Shown: positions 25,541-35,917, counted from the stretch's first letter. The stretch: 64,000 bases of DNA from Thermoanaerobaculia bacterium (GCA_963719225.1 CAVRAY010000002.1:192001-256000); one strand, 5' to 3'. A program made the numbers and translations. The notes: generated from the sequence alone by a model not told the origin.

Positions 25541-25615
25541 TGGTCGGGGTGGGCGGGATCGAACCGCCGACCCCCTGCTCCCAAAGCAGGTGCGCTACCA
25601 CTGCGCTACACCCCG
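25541..25615 (-). tRNA. tRNA-Pro(TGG)
   Basis: CGGGGTGTAGCGCAGTGGTAGCGCACCTGCTTTGGGAGCAGGGGGTCGGCGGTTCGATCCCGCCCACCCCGACCA; cloverleaf with encoded CCA. Confidence 0.96.
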
Positions 25616-25634
25616 TCCGGTAGGATTCTGAGCG

Positions 25635-26396
25635 ATGGCATCGAAGAAGTCGAAGGCAAGCGTCGTCCTCCTCCACGGCCTGGGCGGTTCTTCGGAGGAC
25701 TGGAAAGAGGTCGCGACCCTCCTCGCGAAGGACTTCACGGTGGAGGCCCTCGACCTTCCGGGCTCGCCAATCGGTCCCGGGCCTTCGACGGGCTACGAGC
25801 CGGAGGCCCTCGCGCGCTGGGTCCTCGGCAAGATCCCGGAGGAGCCCGTGCTTCTCGCGGGCCATTCCCTCGGCGGGCGCGTGGCCGGCGAGGTGGCCGC
25901 GCTCGCGCCGGAACGCATTCGCGCGCTGGCCCTCGTCTCCCCGCTGGGCTCCGCGTCGTACGGCCTCACCGACCGCCTCAAGTGGATCGCGATGTCCCGG
26001 CGCGCGGTCATCGACAGCGTGCCCGAGAGCTCCCTCAGGAACGCCGCGGGCTACGGGTTCTCGGTCGACGGGGCCGGACGCGCGGGCTTCGTCGAACGGA
26101 CACTCGCCGCGCGGACGGGGCCGCGGCGCGAGGAAGTCGTTCTCGCGATGGAGAAGCTCGTGGACGGCGTCCTCGGGGCTCGGCCGCTCGCGGAGAGGCT
26201 CTCGAAAACGTCGATGCCTCTCCTCCTCGTGACGGGCGCGCGCGACCCCCTCGCGCCTGCCGACGAGATACGCGCGATTCTGGCGACGCGAAAGGACGCG
26301 ACGTTTCTCGTGCTGCCCGGGATCGGGCACTACGCGCTTCTGGAGGACCCTCCGCGCCTCGCGACGACGCTTCGCGATTTCTTCGCGGACGCCTGA
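25635..26396 (+). CDS. alpha/beta hydrolase
   Basis: LLHGLGG, DLPG, GHSLGG and GH motifs. Confidence 0.9.
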   Translation: MASKKSKASVVLLHGLGGSSEDWKEVATLLAKDFTVEALDLPGSPIGPGPSTGYEPEALARWVLGKIPEEPVLLAGHSLGGRVAGEVAALAPERIRALALVSPLGSASYGLTDRLKWIAMSRRAVIDSVPESSLRNAAGYGFSVDGAGRAGFVERTLAARTGPRREEVVLAMEKLVDGVLGARPLAERLSKTSMPLLLVTGARDPLAPADEIRAILATRKDATFLVLPGIGHYALLEDPPRLATTLRDFFADA

Positions 26397-27187
26397 GAGC
26401 GCGCGGGCGGCGCGAGCGCCTCCAGCCAGTCCTCCGGCAGCCGGCCGTGGAGCGCGGCGCTCTGCGCCGCGAAGAGCGCCGCCAGCCCCTTGCGTGAGGC
26501 CGCGAGGAGCCTCGCGAGCTGTTCCTCGTCGAACGGTTCGCGCTCGGCGGTTCCCTGGATCTCGACGAACCGCCCGCGCGACGTTCCCACGACGTTCACA
26601 TCGACGTCGACCGCCGAATCCTCCTCGTAGTCGAGGTCGAGGAGGATGCGCCCCCTCGCGACGCCGAGAGAGATCGCGGCAACGGCCTCGCGCAGGGGGT
26701 TCGCCCGCAGGTCGCCAGCCTTCGCGAGCGACGCGCACGCCAGAGCGAGGGCGACGTACGCGCCCGTGACGGACGCGCAGCGGGTTCCGGCGTCCGCGAC
26801 GAGCACGTCGCAGTCGAGCGTGACCGTGCGATCCGCGAGGCGGGAGCGGTCCACGATTCCGCGCAGAGCGCGGCCGATGAGGCGCTGGATCTCGAGCGTC
26901 CTTCCGGACTGCCTGCCGCGGGCCGCTTCGCGTGGGCTCCTCTCGAGCGTCGCCCGCGGCAGCATTCCGTATTCCGCCGTCACCCACCCGAGTCCGGTCT
27001 TCTGCAGAAAGGGCGGGACCTTCGCCTCCACCGAGGCCGTCACGAGGACCTCCGTGCGCCCCTGCGTTACGAGGCAGGAGCCTTCCGCGTGTGGAACGGC
27101 ATCACAGACGATCGTCACGGGCCGGAGGTCGAGAGGTCCCCGTCCGTCGGGGCGCGGGGGGCCATCGGCGGAATGGGCGGAAGTCAT
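26330..27187 (-). CDS. rph: ribonuclease PH
   Basis: RPDGR…[14 protein letters not shown]…[16 protein letters not shown]…[18 protein letters not shown]…LDLDYEEDS. Confidence 0.95.
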   Translation of the reverse strand: MTSAHSADGPPRPDGRGPLDLRPVTIVCDAVPHAEGSCLVTQGRTEVLVTASVEAKVPPFLQKTGLGWVTAEYGMLPRATLERSPREAARGRQSGRTLEIQRLIGRALRGIVDRSRLADRTVTLDCDVLVADAGTRCASVTGAYVALALACASLAKAGDLRANPLREAVAAISLGVARGRILLDLDYEEDSAVDVDVNVVGTSRGRFVEIQGTAEREPFDEEQLARLLAASRKGLAALFAAQSAALHGRLPEDWLEALAPPARSQASAKKSRSVVARRGGSSRSA

Positions 27188-27219
27188 CGCGGGATTCTGG
27201 CGCAACGGCGGGCCGCTCG

Positions 27220-28041
27220 CTAAGGGAGATCCACGAGCGTCAGATCCGCCGCGGGACGGCCCAGAAACCGCCCCGCAACGCGGCGCAGGCGCTCGGACGC
27301 GTCGGTCACGAGGAGGCGCGTCGTTCCGGGAGAGGACTCGGCCCGGCGCGAGCCCGCGGGCAGCGCCGACTCGACGGCATGCGCCGTCGTCTCGGCGGAG
27401 TTCACGAGAATCGTGCCCTCGGGCAGCGAAAGAGCGATCGTTCGGGTCAGGAGCGGATAGTGCGTGCAGCCGAGGACGACGACCCGCGCGCCGGCGCCAG
27501 GCACGTCCGCGAGATAGCGCGCCGCCGCCGATCGTGCGACTTCGTTTTCGGTCCAGCCCTCCTCGGCGAGCGGCACGAAGAGCGGGCAGGCCGTGTGCAC
27601 GACCTTCCGCTCCGGATCGAGCGCACGGATGGCGCGGCCGTAGGCGTCGGAGGCGACGGTCGCCTCGGTCGCGAGAACCGCGATCGGTCCCCGGACTCCG
27701 CCGACATCGGAGGCACGCGCCGCGGCGACGGCGGCCCCGGCGCCGGGCGCGACGACTCCCACGACCGGCACGGTCGACATTTCCTCGATGACGTCGAGCG
27801 CGAGGGCCGATGCCGTGTTGCAGGCCACGACCACGGCCTTGACGTCCTGCGACAGCAAGAAGCCGATTGCGCGCTGCGCGTAGCGGCGGACCGTTTCGGG
27901 CGACTTCGTGCCATACGGCAGCCGCGCGGTGTCGCCGAGATAGAGGAGGTCCTCGTGGGGCATCCGCCGCGCGACGGCCTCGAGCACCGTGAGGCCGCCA
28001 ACCCCCGAATCGAAGAGACCGATCGGCCTGGGGTCGCTCAT
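27220..28041 (-). CDS. murI: glutamate racemase
   Basis: [20 protein letters not shown] and LGCTHYP motifs. Confidence 0.96.
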   Translation of the reverse strand: MSDPRPIGLFDSGVGGLTVLEAVARRMPHEDLLYLGDTARLPYGTKSPETVRRYAQRAIGFLLSQDVKAVVVACNTASALALDVIEEMSTVPVVGVVAPGAGAAVAAARASDVGGVRGPIAVLATEATVASDAYGRAIRALDPERKVVHTACPLFVPLAEEGWTENEVARSAAARYLADVPGAGARVVVLGCTHYPLLTRTIALSLPEGTILVNSAETTAHAVESALPAGSRRAESSPGTTRLLVTDASERLRRVAGRFLGRPAADLTLVDLP

Positions 28042-28775
28042 GTTCGTTCCGCCGGCGCACGCCGACGCGGTACGGGCGGAACGGCTGAGGGGCTGGGCGA
28101 TGGCGCGGCCGGCGACGGCGAGACGGCGGGAGAGGGTGTCGCCGTCGGCGCCTGCAGCGCCGGCTCTTCGGCGGCCCGCCTGAGATCGGGGGCGATCGGA
28201 TGCTGGAGGTCCACGTGGCCGCCGAGAGTTTCCGCGGCCTCTCCGGCGACGAGCAGCACGACGCGCGTCACCGCCGGGAGGTTCTTCGCGAGGGTCACGG
28301 CGAGCGCCTGGATCGCGGAGTCCTCTTCGTGAGAGCCGGCTTGCCAGCGCGGGCCGGCGGGCGTTCCGGGCTCGCGCGGCGCCGAGGAAGGCGGCGGCGC
28401 AAGGTCGATGACGGCGATTCCCTCCCGCAGGAGATAAGCCCCGCGCAGAGACCACCCCTCGGGAAACGGCCTCACGAGCTCCTGACGACGCGGCCCGTCC
28501 ATGACCGCAGCGGCGACGGACCGGAGGAGCGCCACATCGTCGACCGCCGCGGGAACGTCCCGCGCTTCCGGGTGCAGCCGATCGTCGGCGGCGGACTCGA
28601 AGTAGAGCGAGACCTGCCGGGCCGGGATGGGAGTCGGCGGAATCACCGCCGTCGGCCTGAGCGTGGGAACGGCTGCCGCGGCCGGCGAAGGCGCCTTGAG
28701 GCGCCGCCCCAGGAGAAGGGCCGAGAGAAGCAGGAGGAGCAGGACGACGAGCGCGAGGGCGAGACGGCGCGGCAT
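28038..28775 (-). CDS. GerMN-domain protein
   Basis: N-terminal TM; VSLYF and ETLGGHVDL motifs; typical amidase-GerMN-murI-rph order. Confidence 0.8.
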   Translation of the reverse strand: MPRRLALALVVLLLLLLSALLLGRRLKAPSPAAAAVPTLRPTAVIPPTPIPARQVSLYFESAADDRLHPEARDVPAAVDDVALLRSVAAAVMDGPRRQELVRPFPEGWSLRGAYLLREGIAVIDLAPPPSSAPREPGTPAGPRWQAGSHEEDSAIQALAVTLAKNLPAVTRVVLLVAGEAAETLGGHVDLQHPIAPDLRRAAEEPALQAPTATPSPAVSPSPAAPSPSPSAVPPVPRRRAPAERT

Positions 28776-28788
28776 GGGACGGCCGTGC

Positions 28789-30312
28789 CTAGCTCTTGCC
28801 GGGAGTCTTGGGTGCGTACGGCACGGGAGCCACGGAGTCCGCGGTGCGGAAATATGTGTCGAGGCTCCCCGCGAGGGTTTCCGCCACCTGGCGCCGGAAC
28901 TCCTCCGACCCGATGCGGACCTCCTCCTCCGGGTTCGTGATGAACGCGACCTCCAGGAGGACCGCCGGAGCGTTGACGCCCACGAGGACGCGGAACGGAG
29001 CCTGCTTCACGCCACGCGTCGTGATCCCGAGCAGCCGGTTGAAGTCGGCCTGCACGATCTCCGCGAGCCGTGCGGAAGCCGAGAGATGCTGGTTCTGCGC
29101 GAGGTCCCAGAGGATCAGGTCGAGATCGCGCACGGCGGCGTTCTTCTCCGCCGTATCGGGCGTCGCGGCGATGGCCGCGTTTTCGCTCTCGGCCAGGAGA
29201 GCCGCGGCTCGATCGGAAGCGTCCAGCGACAGGTAATAGACCTCGGTTCCATGCGCCGTCGCAGCACGCGACGCGTTGCAGTGAATCGAGAGGAAGACGT
29301 CCGCCTTCGCGGCGTTCGCTTGAGAGGCGCGGTCGTCGAGGCCGACCGTGGCATCGGAAAGGCGCGTCGTGACGACGCGATAGCCGCGGCGTTGGAGGGT
29401 TTCCTGGATCGTCTTGGCGAGCGCGAGCGTGGCGTCCTTCTCGAGGAGCCCGCCGGGGCCCTTCGCCCCTTCCTCGACGCCGCCGTGTCCTGGATCCAGG
29501 ACGATGGTCTTGGGCCTCGAAGCTTGTGACGGCGCCGGCGCCACGGGGCGCGGGCCCGAGGCCGCGGAGCCCGCCTTCACGACGTCCACGACGAGGCGTG
29601 GCGGCGACCCGAGCGCGTAGACGTTCGGCACGAGACTTTTTTCCCGGAACACGATCGTGATGTCGCCGCCCCTGACGAGGAGGCGCGCGATGCGTGACGA
29701 GTCGAGGACTCTCTCCGGGGGCTGCATCACGAGGTGCGCATTCGGGACGTGAAGGACGACCCCGTCGGCACTCTTCTCGACGGCGTACGACGGCGTCTGC
29801 GAAAAGCGCAGCACGAGCTTCGTCGTCTCGCCGAGATCGGCAACCGAGGACTCCACCATGATCTCGGCCGTCTCCGACCTTCGGACCGACAACGTCCGCG
29901 TGACGCGATCCCACGAGAGGGTCAGGCCGGTCATCGGCCCGATCACTTTCTGGAAGAACTCGGCATCCGCCCAGGCGAGAGCTCCGTGGCCGCGCACGGG
30001 CAGGCTCAGAGAGACGAGCTTCGTGTCCACGACGGCGAGAGCCGCGTCCAGGCCGAAGACCGCCGTGTGCCCCTTCAGCTTGACCTCGTAGGACCGGGTC
30101 TTCTCGTCGAACGTCATCGACCCCTCGAGAGCGGCGACGGCGTCGTTCACGGAAACGTACGTCCGGCCCTCCCGTTCTTCCAGGCGCAGGCTCGCCGGAG
30201 GCCTGTCCGGACGAGTGAAAGTCGCGGTTGCCTCCTGGCCGTGCGCTGTGGCGGCGAACAGGCACAGCGCCGCCAGGGTGGCGCAGGAAGAGAGGCGCGC
30301 GCGACGATTCAC
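28789..30312 (-). CDS. N-acetylmuramoyl-L-alanine amidase (Amidase_3 with AMIN domain)
   Basis: LDPGHGG, EKD, SIHCNA and PAVLLEVAFITN motifs. Confidence 0.93.
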   Translation of the reverse strand: MNRRARLSSCATLAALCLFAATAHGQEATATFTRPDRPPASLRLEEREGRTYVSVNDAVAALEGSMTFDEKTRSYEVKLKGHTAVFGLDAALAVVDTKLVSLSLPVRGHGALAWADAEFFQKVIGPMTGLTLSWDRVTRTLSVRRSETAEIMVESSVADLGETTKLVLRFSQTPSYAVEKSADGVVLHVPNAHLVMQPPERVLDSSRIARLLVRGGDITIVFREKSLVPNVYALGSPPRLVVDVVKAGSAASGPRPVAPAPSQASRPKTIVLDPGHGGVEEGAKGPGGLLEKDATLALAKTIQETLQRRGYRVVTTRLSDATVGLDDRASQANAAKADVFLSIHCNASRAATAHGTEVYYLSLDASDRAAALLAESENAAIAATPDTAEKNAAVRDLDLILWDLAQNQHLSASARLAEIVQADFNRLLGITTRGVKQAPFRVLVGVNAPAVLLEVAFITNPEEEVRIGSEEFRRQVAETLAGSLDTYFRTADSVAPVPYAPKTPGKS

Positions 30313-30381
30313 CCCGGGATTATGGCGATTCTCCGGCTGGAGAGATGCCCCGCGCTTCTGCTAGACTCGAACGTCACGATT

Positions 30382-30743
30382 GGGGGCGTCCCGGTTTCGA
30401 CGGGGCATTCAGCGATCGAGGAGCACGCCGAGCACGGCCGTTCGCTCGTAAAAACGACGGTCAACAACCAGCTGCCAACAACAGCGACCTCGCTCTCGCG
30501 GCCTAATTAAGCCGTGACGGGCGCCGGGGAGCCCGTCCGGGGCGCCTCGGCGTTTGACGCGAAATCCGGGCTGGGGCCGCCTCCGCCACCTGAAGAGGCG
30601 TCCCGAGAGTTTCAGGTTCGCTGTCGCGCCCGGTCGTCCGGACCTGAAGACGCGGCGGCTAAAAAAACAAGTCCGGACTGAGCGTGGAGAATCTCGACGT
30701 TCGGGCGCTTCGGACGGGGGTTCGACTCCCCCCGCCTCCACCA
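30382..30743 (+). ncRNA. ssrA: tmRNA; tag peptide (A)ANNSDLALAA
   Basis: 5' GGGGGCGTCCCGGTTTCGAC; 3' GGTTCGACTCCCCCCGCCTCCACCA; tag ORF gcc aac aac agc gac ctc gct ctc gcg gcc taa from 30474. Confidence 0.95.
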
Positions 30744-30747
30744 TTTC

Positions 30748-30776
30748 GAGGGGGATCCGCAAAAGGGTCCCCCCTC
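30748..30776 (+). terminator. GC hairpin after ssrA
   Basis: GAGGGGGATCC-GCAAAA-GGGTCCCCCCTC imperfect stem-loop; weak U tract. Confidence 0.45.
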
Positions 30777-30809
30777 GGCCTTTCGCAAGCCAGGAGGTCA
30801 GAATGTACC

Positions 30810-30841
30810 TTGACACGGTATACCGCGATACGGTATATCGT
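30810..30841 (+). promoter_or_regulatory. higBA promoter with tandem palindromic operators
   Basis: TTGACA at 30810; perfect palindrome CGGTATACCG (30816-30825); second copy ACGGTATATCGT (30830-30841). Confidence 0.65.
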
Positions 30842-30846
30842 CGTGG

Positions 30847-31137
30847 ATGGCGATCCGGGGCTTTGCCGCTGTCGTCGTGGAGAGGTTCTTTCGACAGGGC
30901 CGACTCGGCCCGGGCGTGAGGTGGTCTGGCGTGGCGAAGGTCGCGGCCCGCAAGCTCGACATGCTGGACTACGCAGTCCAGCTGGCGGACCTCGCCTCTC
31001 CTCCCGGGAACCGTCTCGAACCCTTGAAAGGGGATCTGGCGGGTTTTCATGGCATTCGGATCAACGACCAATGGAGAGTCGTCTTCCGTTGGACCTCCTC
31101 CGGCCCGACGGACGTCGATGTCAGGGACTACCACTGA
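30847..31137 (+). CDS. higB: HigB/RelE-family toxin
   Basis: LASPPGNRLEPLKGDLAGFHGIRINDQWRVVFRW…DYH. Confidence 0.93.
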   Translation: MAIRGFAAVVVERFFRQGRLGPGVRWSGVAKVAARKLDMLDYAVQLADLASPPGNRLEPLKGDLAGFHGIRINDQWRVVFRWTSSGPTDVDVRDYH

Positions 31138-31153
31138 GAGCCGAGGTGTGAAG

Positions 31154-31453
31154 ATGAGTGACCGCGCGCGACGCCGCAAGCCGACATCCCCCGGGGAGAT
31201 TCTCCGCGACGAGTTTCTCGTCCCGCTCCGGCTGAGCCAGAAGGCCCTAGCCGTCCACCTGGGATGCGACGTCAAGGTCGTGAACCGCATCGTCAACGGC
31301 CGGTGCGCCGTGACGGCGGAGATGGCGCTGAGGCTCGGCGCGGCCTTCCGGACTTCGCCGGACTTCTGGATGAACGCGCAGAAGGCCGTCGATCTCTACG
31401 AGGCCGCCGGGCAGGTCCAGGCCCTGCCGAGACCTCTCCTAAAGGCGAGCTGA
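31154..31453 (+). CDS. higA: HigA antitoxin (HTH)
   Basis: PTSPGEILRDEFL…VTAEMALRL…SPDFWMNAQ; ATG at 31154. Confidence 0.93.
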   Translation: MSDRARRRKPTSPGEILRDEFLVPLRLSQKALAVHLGCDVKVVNRIVNGRCAVTAEMALRLGAAFRTSPDFWMNAQKAVDLYEAAGQVQALPRPLLKAS

Positions 31454-31515
31454 GGCCGAGTCCAACAGGCACCAGCTCCGCTTGACGCGGCGTCCGGGGT
31501 CCCGTACCTTGATCG

Positions 31516-31911
31516 GTGGTGAATAGCCCCGAACGAGCCGATCCCCTCGTATTTCTCGTCGTGACGTCGGTGGGCACGGAAGAGCAGGCGCTCGAGATCG
31601 CGCAGCGCCTCGTCGAGAGCCAGCTCGCCGCGTGCGTGAACATCCTCCCCGGCGTGCGGTCGGTCTTCCGCTGGAAGGGAAAAGTCCAGCACGAGGGCGA
31701 GTTCCTGCTCGTGACCAAGACGCGCGCGGAGAACTTCGAGCGCGTACGGCAGGTCATTCGGGAGCTCAACGCCTACGAGCTTCCCGAAATCCTCGGGTTT
31801 CCCGCGAGCCACGCCGACGAGGCCTTCGCAGCCTGGGTCGCCGCGAGCTCCACGGGTGTCGAGACCCCGTCGGAGGACGAGGACGAGCCGGGGGAAGCGA
31901 CCATCGATTGA
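31516..31911 (+). CDS. cutA: divalent-cation tolerance protein CutA
   Basis: LAACVNILPGVRSVFRWKG…KT…YELPEIL. Confidence 0.92.
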   Translation: MVNSPERADPLVFLVVTSVGTEEQALEIAQRLVESQLAACVNILPGVRSVFRWKGKVQHEGEFLLVTKTRAENFERVRQVIRELNAYELPEILGFPASHADEAFAAWVAASSTGVETPSEDEDEPGEATID

Positions 31912-31931
31912 CACGTCCTGCCGTTCTCAGG

Positions 31932-32753
31932 ATGGAGCGAGACGCCCGGTCCGGTCCCCGTGTCCGCTCGGGGACGTGTCTTCTGGGATGCCTTGCGGCG
32001 GGCTTCTTGTTCGCAACACCGGCCGGCGCGGTCGACGTCACGGTCGTGCTGAGTGCCGTCGCCGACGCCACGATCTTCGAGGAAAACGTGGACGCGAGTG
32101 ATGCGAAGAGCCCCGGCCTCTTCGCCGGGCGCAACAATCACGACGAGATCCGCCGCGCCTTCCTCCGCTTCGACGTTGCCAACGGCGTTCCCTCGGGCAT
32201 CGTCGTCTCGGCCGTGAAGGTGCGCTTGAGCCTGACGCGTTCGAACTCGGGGTTCGTCTTCGCGTCCCTCTTCCGCGTGTCGGCCCCCTGGGGCGAGGGC
32301 ACCTCGAACGCCGGGGTCCCGGGAGGGATGGGCGCCCCGGCGACGCCGGGCGACGTCACGTGGACGAGCCGCGTCTATCCGGCCTCGCTCTGGCTCAACC
32401 CCGGGGGCGACGCGGCGTCTGCCCCGACCGCGACGACTCTCATCGGAAGCTCTCTCCAGAGTTACGACTTCGCGACGACTTCCCAATTGGTTTCCGACGT
32501 CCAGGGCTGGCTCGACCAGCCCGCGACGAATTTCGGCTGGCAGCTCCGCATGGACGAGGCGCAGATCGCGCCCACCGCCAAGCGCTTCGGCTCGCGCGAG
32601 GACACGTTGCAGCCGCTCCTCTTCGTCACGTACGACGACGCGAGCGCCCCCGCTCCGCCGGCAGGCGTGCCGGCGCTGAACACGCCGAGTCAGGCGGCTC
32701 TCGCGCTCCTCCTCGCCGCGAGCGGCGCGCGCCTGCTCAAACGCGCGGCCTAA
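31932..32753 (+). CDS. secreted DNRLRE-like domain protein with IPTL-CTERM-like sorting tail
   Basis: Signal peptide; ADATIFE…RRAFLRFDV…VQGWLDQPATNFGW…RFGSRE…PLL; tail VPALNTPSQAALALLLAASGARLLKR. Confidence 0.75.
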   Translation: MERDARSGPRVRSGTCLLGCLAAGFLFATPAGAVDVTVVLSAVADATIFEENVDASDAKSPGLFAGRNNHDEIRRAFLRFDVANGVPSGIVVSAVKVRLSLTRSNSGFVFASLFRVSAPWGEGTSNAGVPGGMGAPATPGDVTWTSRVYPASLWLNPGGDAASAPTATTLIGSSLQSYDFATTSQLVSDVQGWLDQPATNFGWQLRMDEAQIAPTAKRFGSREDTLQPLLFVTYDDASAPAPPAGVPALNTPSQAALALLLAASGARLLKRAA

Positions 32754-33982
32754 ACCGCCGCGAGCGCGTTCTCGAGATCCTGGAGGATGTCCTCGACGTC
32801 CTCGATGCCGACCGAGACGCGCACGAGGCCGGGCGTGATGCCGCGCCGGAGGCGCTCGTCGGGCTCGACGCTCGCATGTGTCATCGAGGCCGGGTGCGAG
32901 ATGAGACTCTCCACGCCGCCGAGCGACTCGCCGAGCGCGCAGATCACGACGCGGTCGAGGAGGCTCTTCGCCGCCTCGACGGACCCGAGATCGAAAGAGA
33001 TCATTCCGCCGTACCCCGACATCTGGCGCGCCGCGACGGAGTGGCCGGGATGGGACTCGAGGCCCGGGTAGAAGACTTTCCGGACCTTCGCGTGGGAGGC
33101 GAGCCAGGCGGCCACGGTGCGCCCGTTCGCGTCGTGGGCGCGCATGCGTACGGGCAGCGTCTTGATGCCCCGCGAGACGAGAAAGGAGTCGAACGGCGAC
33201 AGGATCGCGCCTGCCGCGTTCTGCGTGAAGCCGATCTTCTCTCCGTCCTTCGGGTCCGCGCAGATCACGGCGCCGCCCACCGAATCCGAATGGCCGTTCA
33301 GATACTTCGTCGTGGAATGGACGACGACGTCACACCCGAGAGCGAGCGGTTTCTGGAAGAACGGCGTGGCGAACGTGTTGTCGACGACGACCCGGATCTT
33401 CGCGCCGATCCTCCGTCCCTCGTCGCGCGCGACGGCGGCGAGGGCAGCGAGGTCGGAGATCTCCATGGTCGGGTTCGTGGGCGTCTCGACGAAGAGCATC
33501 CGCGTCGCCTTCGTCACGGCCGCCCGCACGATCCCGGGGTCCGTCGTGTCGACATAGTCGAACGTCACGCCGAAGTTCGCGAGGATCTTCGAGAAGAACC
33601 GGTACGTGCCGCCGTAGGTGTTGCGGCTCACGAGCACGTGGTCGCCCGCCCGGACGAAGCTGAGCATGAGGGACGTCTCGGCGGCCATCCCGGACGCGAA
33701 CGCGTGCGCCGTCGCGGAGCCGTCCGCTCCCCCCTCGAGCGCGGCGAGCTGGGTTTCGAGGGCGAGACGCGTGGGGTTCTTCGTGCGCGCGTACTCGTAG
33801 CCCTGGCGCGGCTTGCCGAAGCTCTCCTGGACGAACGTGGACGTCTGGAAGATCGGAACGGCCACCGCTCCGGTGAGCGGCTCGGGTTCCTGTCCGGCGT
33901 GCACGCACGTCGTCGCGAACCCGGGCACGCGCGGCTTGCGGGGCGCCTTCCGGAGCATCTCGGTGCCACTCTTCGTCTTCAT
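32750..33982 (-). CDS. cystathionine gamma-lyase/synthase (MccB/MetB family)
   Basis: YEYARTKNPT, ETPTNP, VDNTF, HSTTKYLNGHSD and ESLGGVESL motifs. Confidence 0.93.
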   Translation of the reverse strand: MKTKSGTEMLRKAPRKPRVPGFATTCVHAGQEPEPLTGAVAVPIFQTSTFVQESFGKPRQGYEYARTKNPTRLALETQLAALEGGADGSATAHAFASGMAAETSLMLSFVRAGDHVLVSRNTYGGTYRFFSKILANFGVTFDYVDTTDPGIVRAAVTKATRMLFVETPTNPTMEISDLAALAAVARDEGRRIGAKIRVVVDNTFATPFFQKPLALGCDVVVHSTTKYLNGHSDSVGGAVICADPKDGEKIGFTQNAAGAILSPFDSFLVSRGIKTLPVRMRAHDANGRTVAAWLASHAKVRKVFYPGLESHPGHSVAARQMSGYGGMISFDLGSVEAAKSLLDRVVICALGESLGGVESLISHPASMTHASVEPDERLRRGITPGLVRVSVGIEDVEDILQDLENALAAV

Positions 33983-34917
33983 CCGAGAATCCCCTTGCTC
34001 ACGTACCGCTCGGCGCCGTCCGGCAGCAGCGTCACGACGCGCTTGCCGGGACCGAGGCGGCGCACGATCCTCCGCGCGGCCGCGGCGTTGCAGCCGGAGG
34101 ATCCGCCCACGAGGAGCCCCTCCGTGCGCGCGATCTCGAGGACTGTCGCGAAGGCCTCGGCGTCGTCAATCGTGATGATCTCGTCCGCGAGCGAAGGGTC
34201 CCAGATCTCGGGAAGAAACGACGCCCCGATCCCCTCCACCTTGTGAGGACCCGGCTTTCCTCCTCCGAGGATCGAGCCCTGCGGCTCGACGGCGACTTTC
34301 AGGAGAGCGGGCAGGCGCTCGACCAGAAACCGCGCGACCCCGACGAACGTGCCCGTCGAGCCCGCCCCGATGACGATCGCGTCGAGGCGTCCCTCGCATT
34401 GCTCGAGGATCTCGGGGCCCGTCGTCTCGTAGTGCACGCGCGGGTTCGAGGGGTTCGCAAACTGCTGCGGCACGTACGCGCCGGGGATCTCCTTCGCGAG
34501 CGCGTGCGCCTTGTCGATCGCGCCCTTCATGCCGAGCGCGTCGGCCGTCTGCACGACGCTGCCGCCGAGCGCGGTCATGATCTTCTGCTTCTCGATCGAG
34601 AATCTCTCGGGCACGCAGAGGATGACGCGGTACCCGCGCGCGACTCCCACGAGCGCCAGGCCGATGCCCGTGTTCCCGGCCGTCGGCTCGATGATCGTTC
34701 CACCCGGTTTCAGGAGACCCTTCTCCTCGGCGTCGCGGATCATCCCGATGCCGATGCGGTCCTTCACCGAGCCGCCGGGGTTCAGGAACTCGCACTTGGC
34801 GAGGATCTCGGCCGCGCCGCCCCCCGCAAAGCGCGACAGCCGGACCATCGGCGTTCCGCCGACGAGATCCAGCGCCGAATCGGCGACGACGAGCGGACGC
34901 GCAGCGAGGACGGTCAT
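33979..34917 (-). CDS. cysteine synthase / OAS-dependent cystathionine beta-synthase (CysK/MccA family)
   Basis: KCEFLNPGGSVKDR, EPTAGNTG and PDGAERY motifs; paired with gamma-lyase. Confidence 0.92.
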   Translation of the reverse strand: MTVLAARPLVVADSALDLVGGTPMVRLSRFAGGGAAEILAKCEFLNPGGSVKDRIGIGMIRDAEEKGLLKPGGTIIEPTAGNTGIGLALVGVARGYRVILCVPERFSIEKQKIMTALGGSVVQTADALGMKGAIDKAHALAKEIPGAYVPQQFANPSNPRVHYETTGPEILEQCEGRLDAIVIGAGSTGTFVGVARFLVERLPALLKVAVEPQGSILGGGKPGPHKVEGIGASFLPEIWDPSLADEIITIDDAEAFATVLEIARTEGLLVGGSSGCNAAAARRIVRRLGPGKRVVTLLPDGAERYVSKGILG

Positions 34918-34969
34918 TTGAGCCGGAGAACTTTAGCAGCGCGCGTGACGCGCGCGCTGCTACCCCCAC

Positions 34970-35257
34970 CTATCGGGCCGGCCTTCTCTCTCTGTAGCAG
35001 TCGCGGCAGTAGACGGGCTTGCCGTTCGTCGGGTTGAACGGCACCTGCGTCGTCTTGCCGCACGCGTCGCACGTCACGTTGTAGAGCTGCCGCGCGCCGC
35101 CGTCGCCGAAACCGCCGGTCTTGCGCTTGTCGCGGCAGTTCTTGCAGCGCTTGGGCTCGTTCGAGAAGCCCTTCTGCGCGTAGAACTCCTGCTCGTTCGC
35201 CGTGAAGATGAAGGGTGTGCTGCAGTCGATACAGGGGATGGTCTTGTCCGTGTACAT
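34970..35257 (-). CDS. zinc-ribbon + CxxC-x17-CxxC domain protein
   Basis: CIDC…FTANEQEFY…PKRCKNCR…CDAC…VPFNPTNGKPVYCRDCY. Confidence 0.92.
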   Translation of the reverse strand: MYTDKTIPCIDCSTPFIFTANEQEFYAQKGFSNEPKRCKNCRDKRKTGGFGDGGARQLYNVTCDACGKTTQVPFNPTNGKPVYCRDCYRERRPAR

Positions 35258-35580
35258 CAGAACTCCAGGGAAGGTCTCCGATTCCGTATCGGAGAGCCGT
35301 TTGGGTATCGCGGGCGCGGCTCCACGCGGAGCAGCGGCCGCCGGGTTTGGGTGAGGGAAACCTTCACCGGCTCCGGGACTTCAGGAGGCTTCGGTGGGGC
35401 CGTTTCCCAGATGGGGCCCCGGGGGTTGGAAATAAGGGGGAACCTCCTTGACCAAGACCGGCCATGACTTTTCTGCCGGTGAAAACATCGGGAATGGCCC
35501 GCGAACTCTCCTTGGCGTTATCCATCAATGAGAAACAAGAACCGCCACAAAAGCAAGAGAAAAGTTGAAGAGACCGTTTC

Positions 35581-35913
35581 TCATCCCAGCCGCACGTGGT
35601 CGGTCAGCCGGGTTCCGCCCGCCCAGACGGCCCCCACGATCAAAGCGGGTCCTTTCACCTTCTTCACGGGAAGAAAGGTCGCGGCGTCCACCAGGTCGAG
35701 CGCCTCGATCTTGAGGCGCGGCTCCATCTCGAGCGCCACCCGTGCCGCCGCGAGGAGCTTTCCCGCTTTCCGCTCGCCCAACGCATGGAGGAGCTGTGCC
35801 GCCAGGAGGGCGCGGAACAGCGCGGGGGCGGCTTTCCGCTCCTCGGGCGAGAGCCCGGCGTTCGCCGGGGAGATCGCGAGGCCATCGCTTTCGCGATCCT
35901 CCAGGGCCGCCAC
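35581..35913 (-). CDS. stand-alone, degenerate C-terminal domain of pantoate-beta-alanine ligase (PanC fragment)
   Basis: RESDGLAISPANAGLSPEER…G.TRLTDH versus PanC RE.DGLA.SSRN..LS..ER…RLIDN; GTG start after dNK stop. Confidence 0.65.
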   Translation of the reverse strand: MAALEDRESDGLAISPANAGLSPEERKAAPALFRALLAAQLLHALGERKAGKLLAAARVALEMEPRLKIEALDLVDAATFLPVKKVKGPALIVGAVWAGGTRLTDHVRLG

Positions 35914-35917
35914 GGCG

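Noticed and set aside
25541-26396. tRNA-Pro as an island integration site
   Set aside because: No duplicated tRNA 3' end or integrase seen; neighbours look like core genes.
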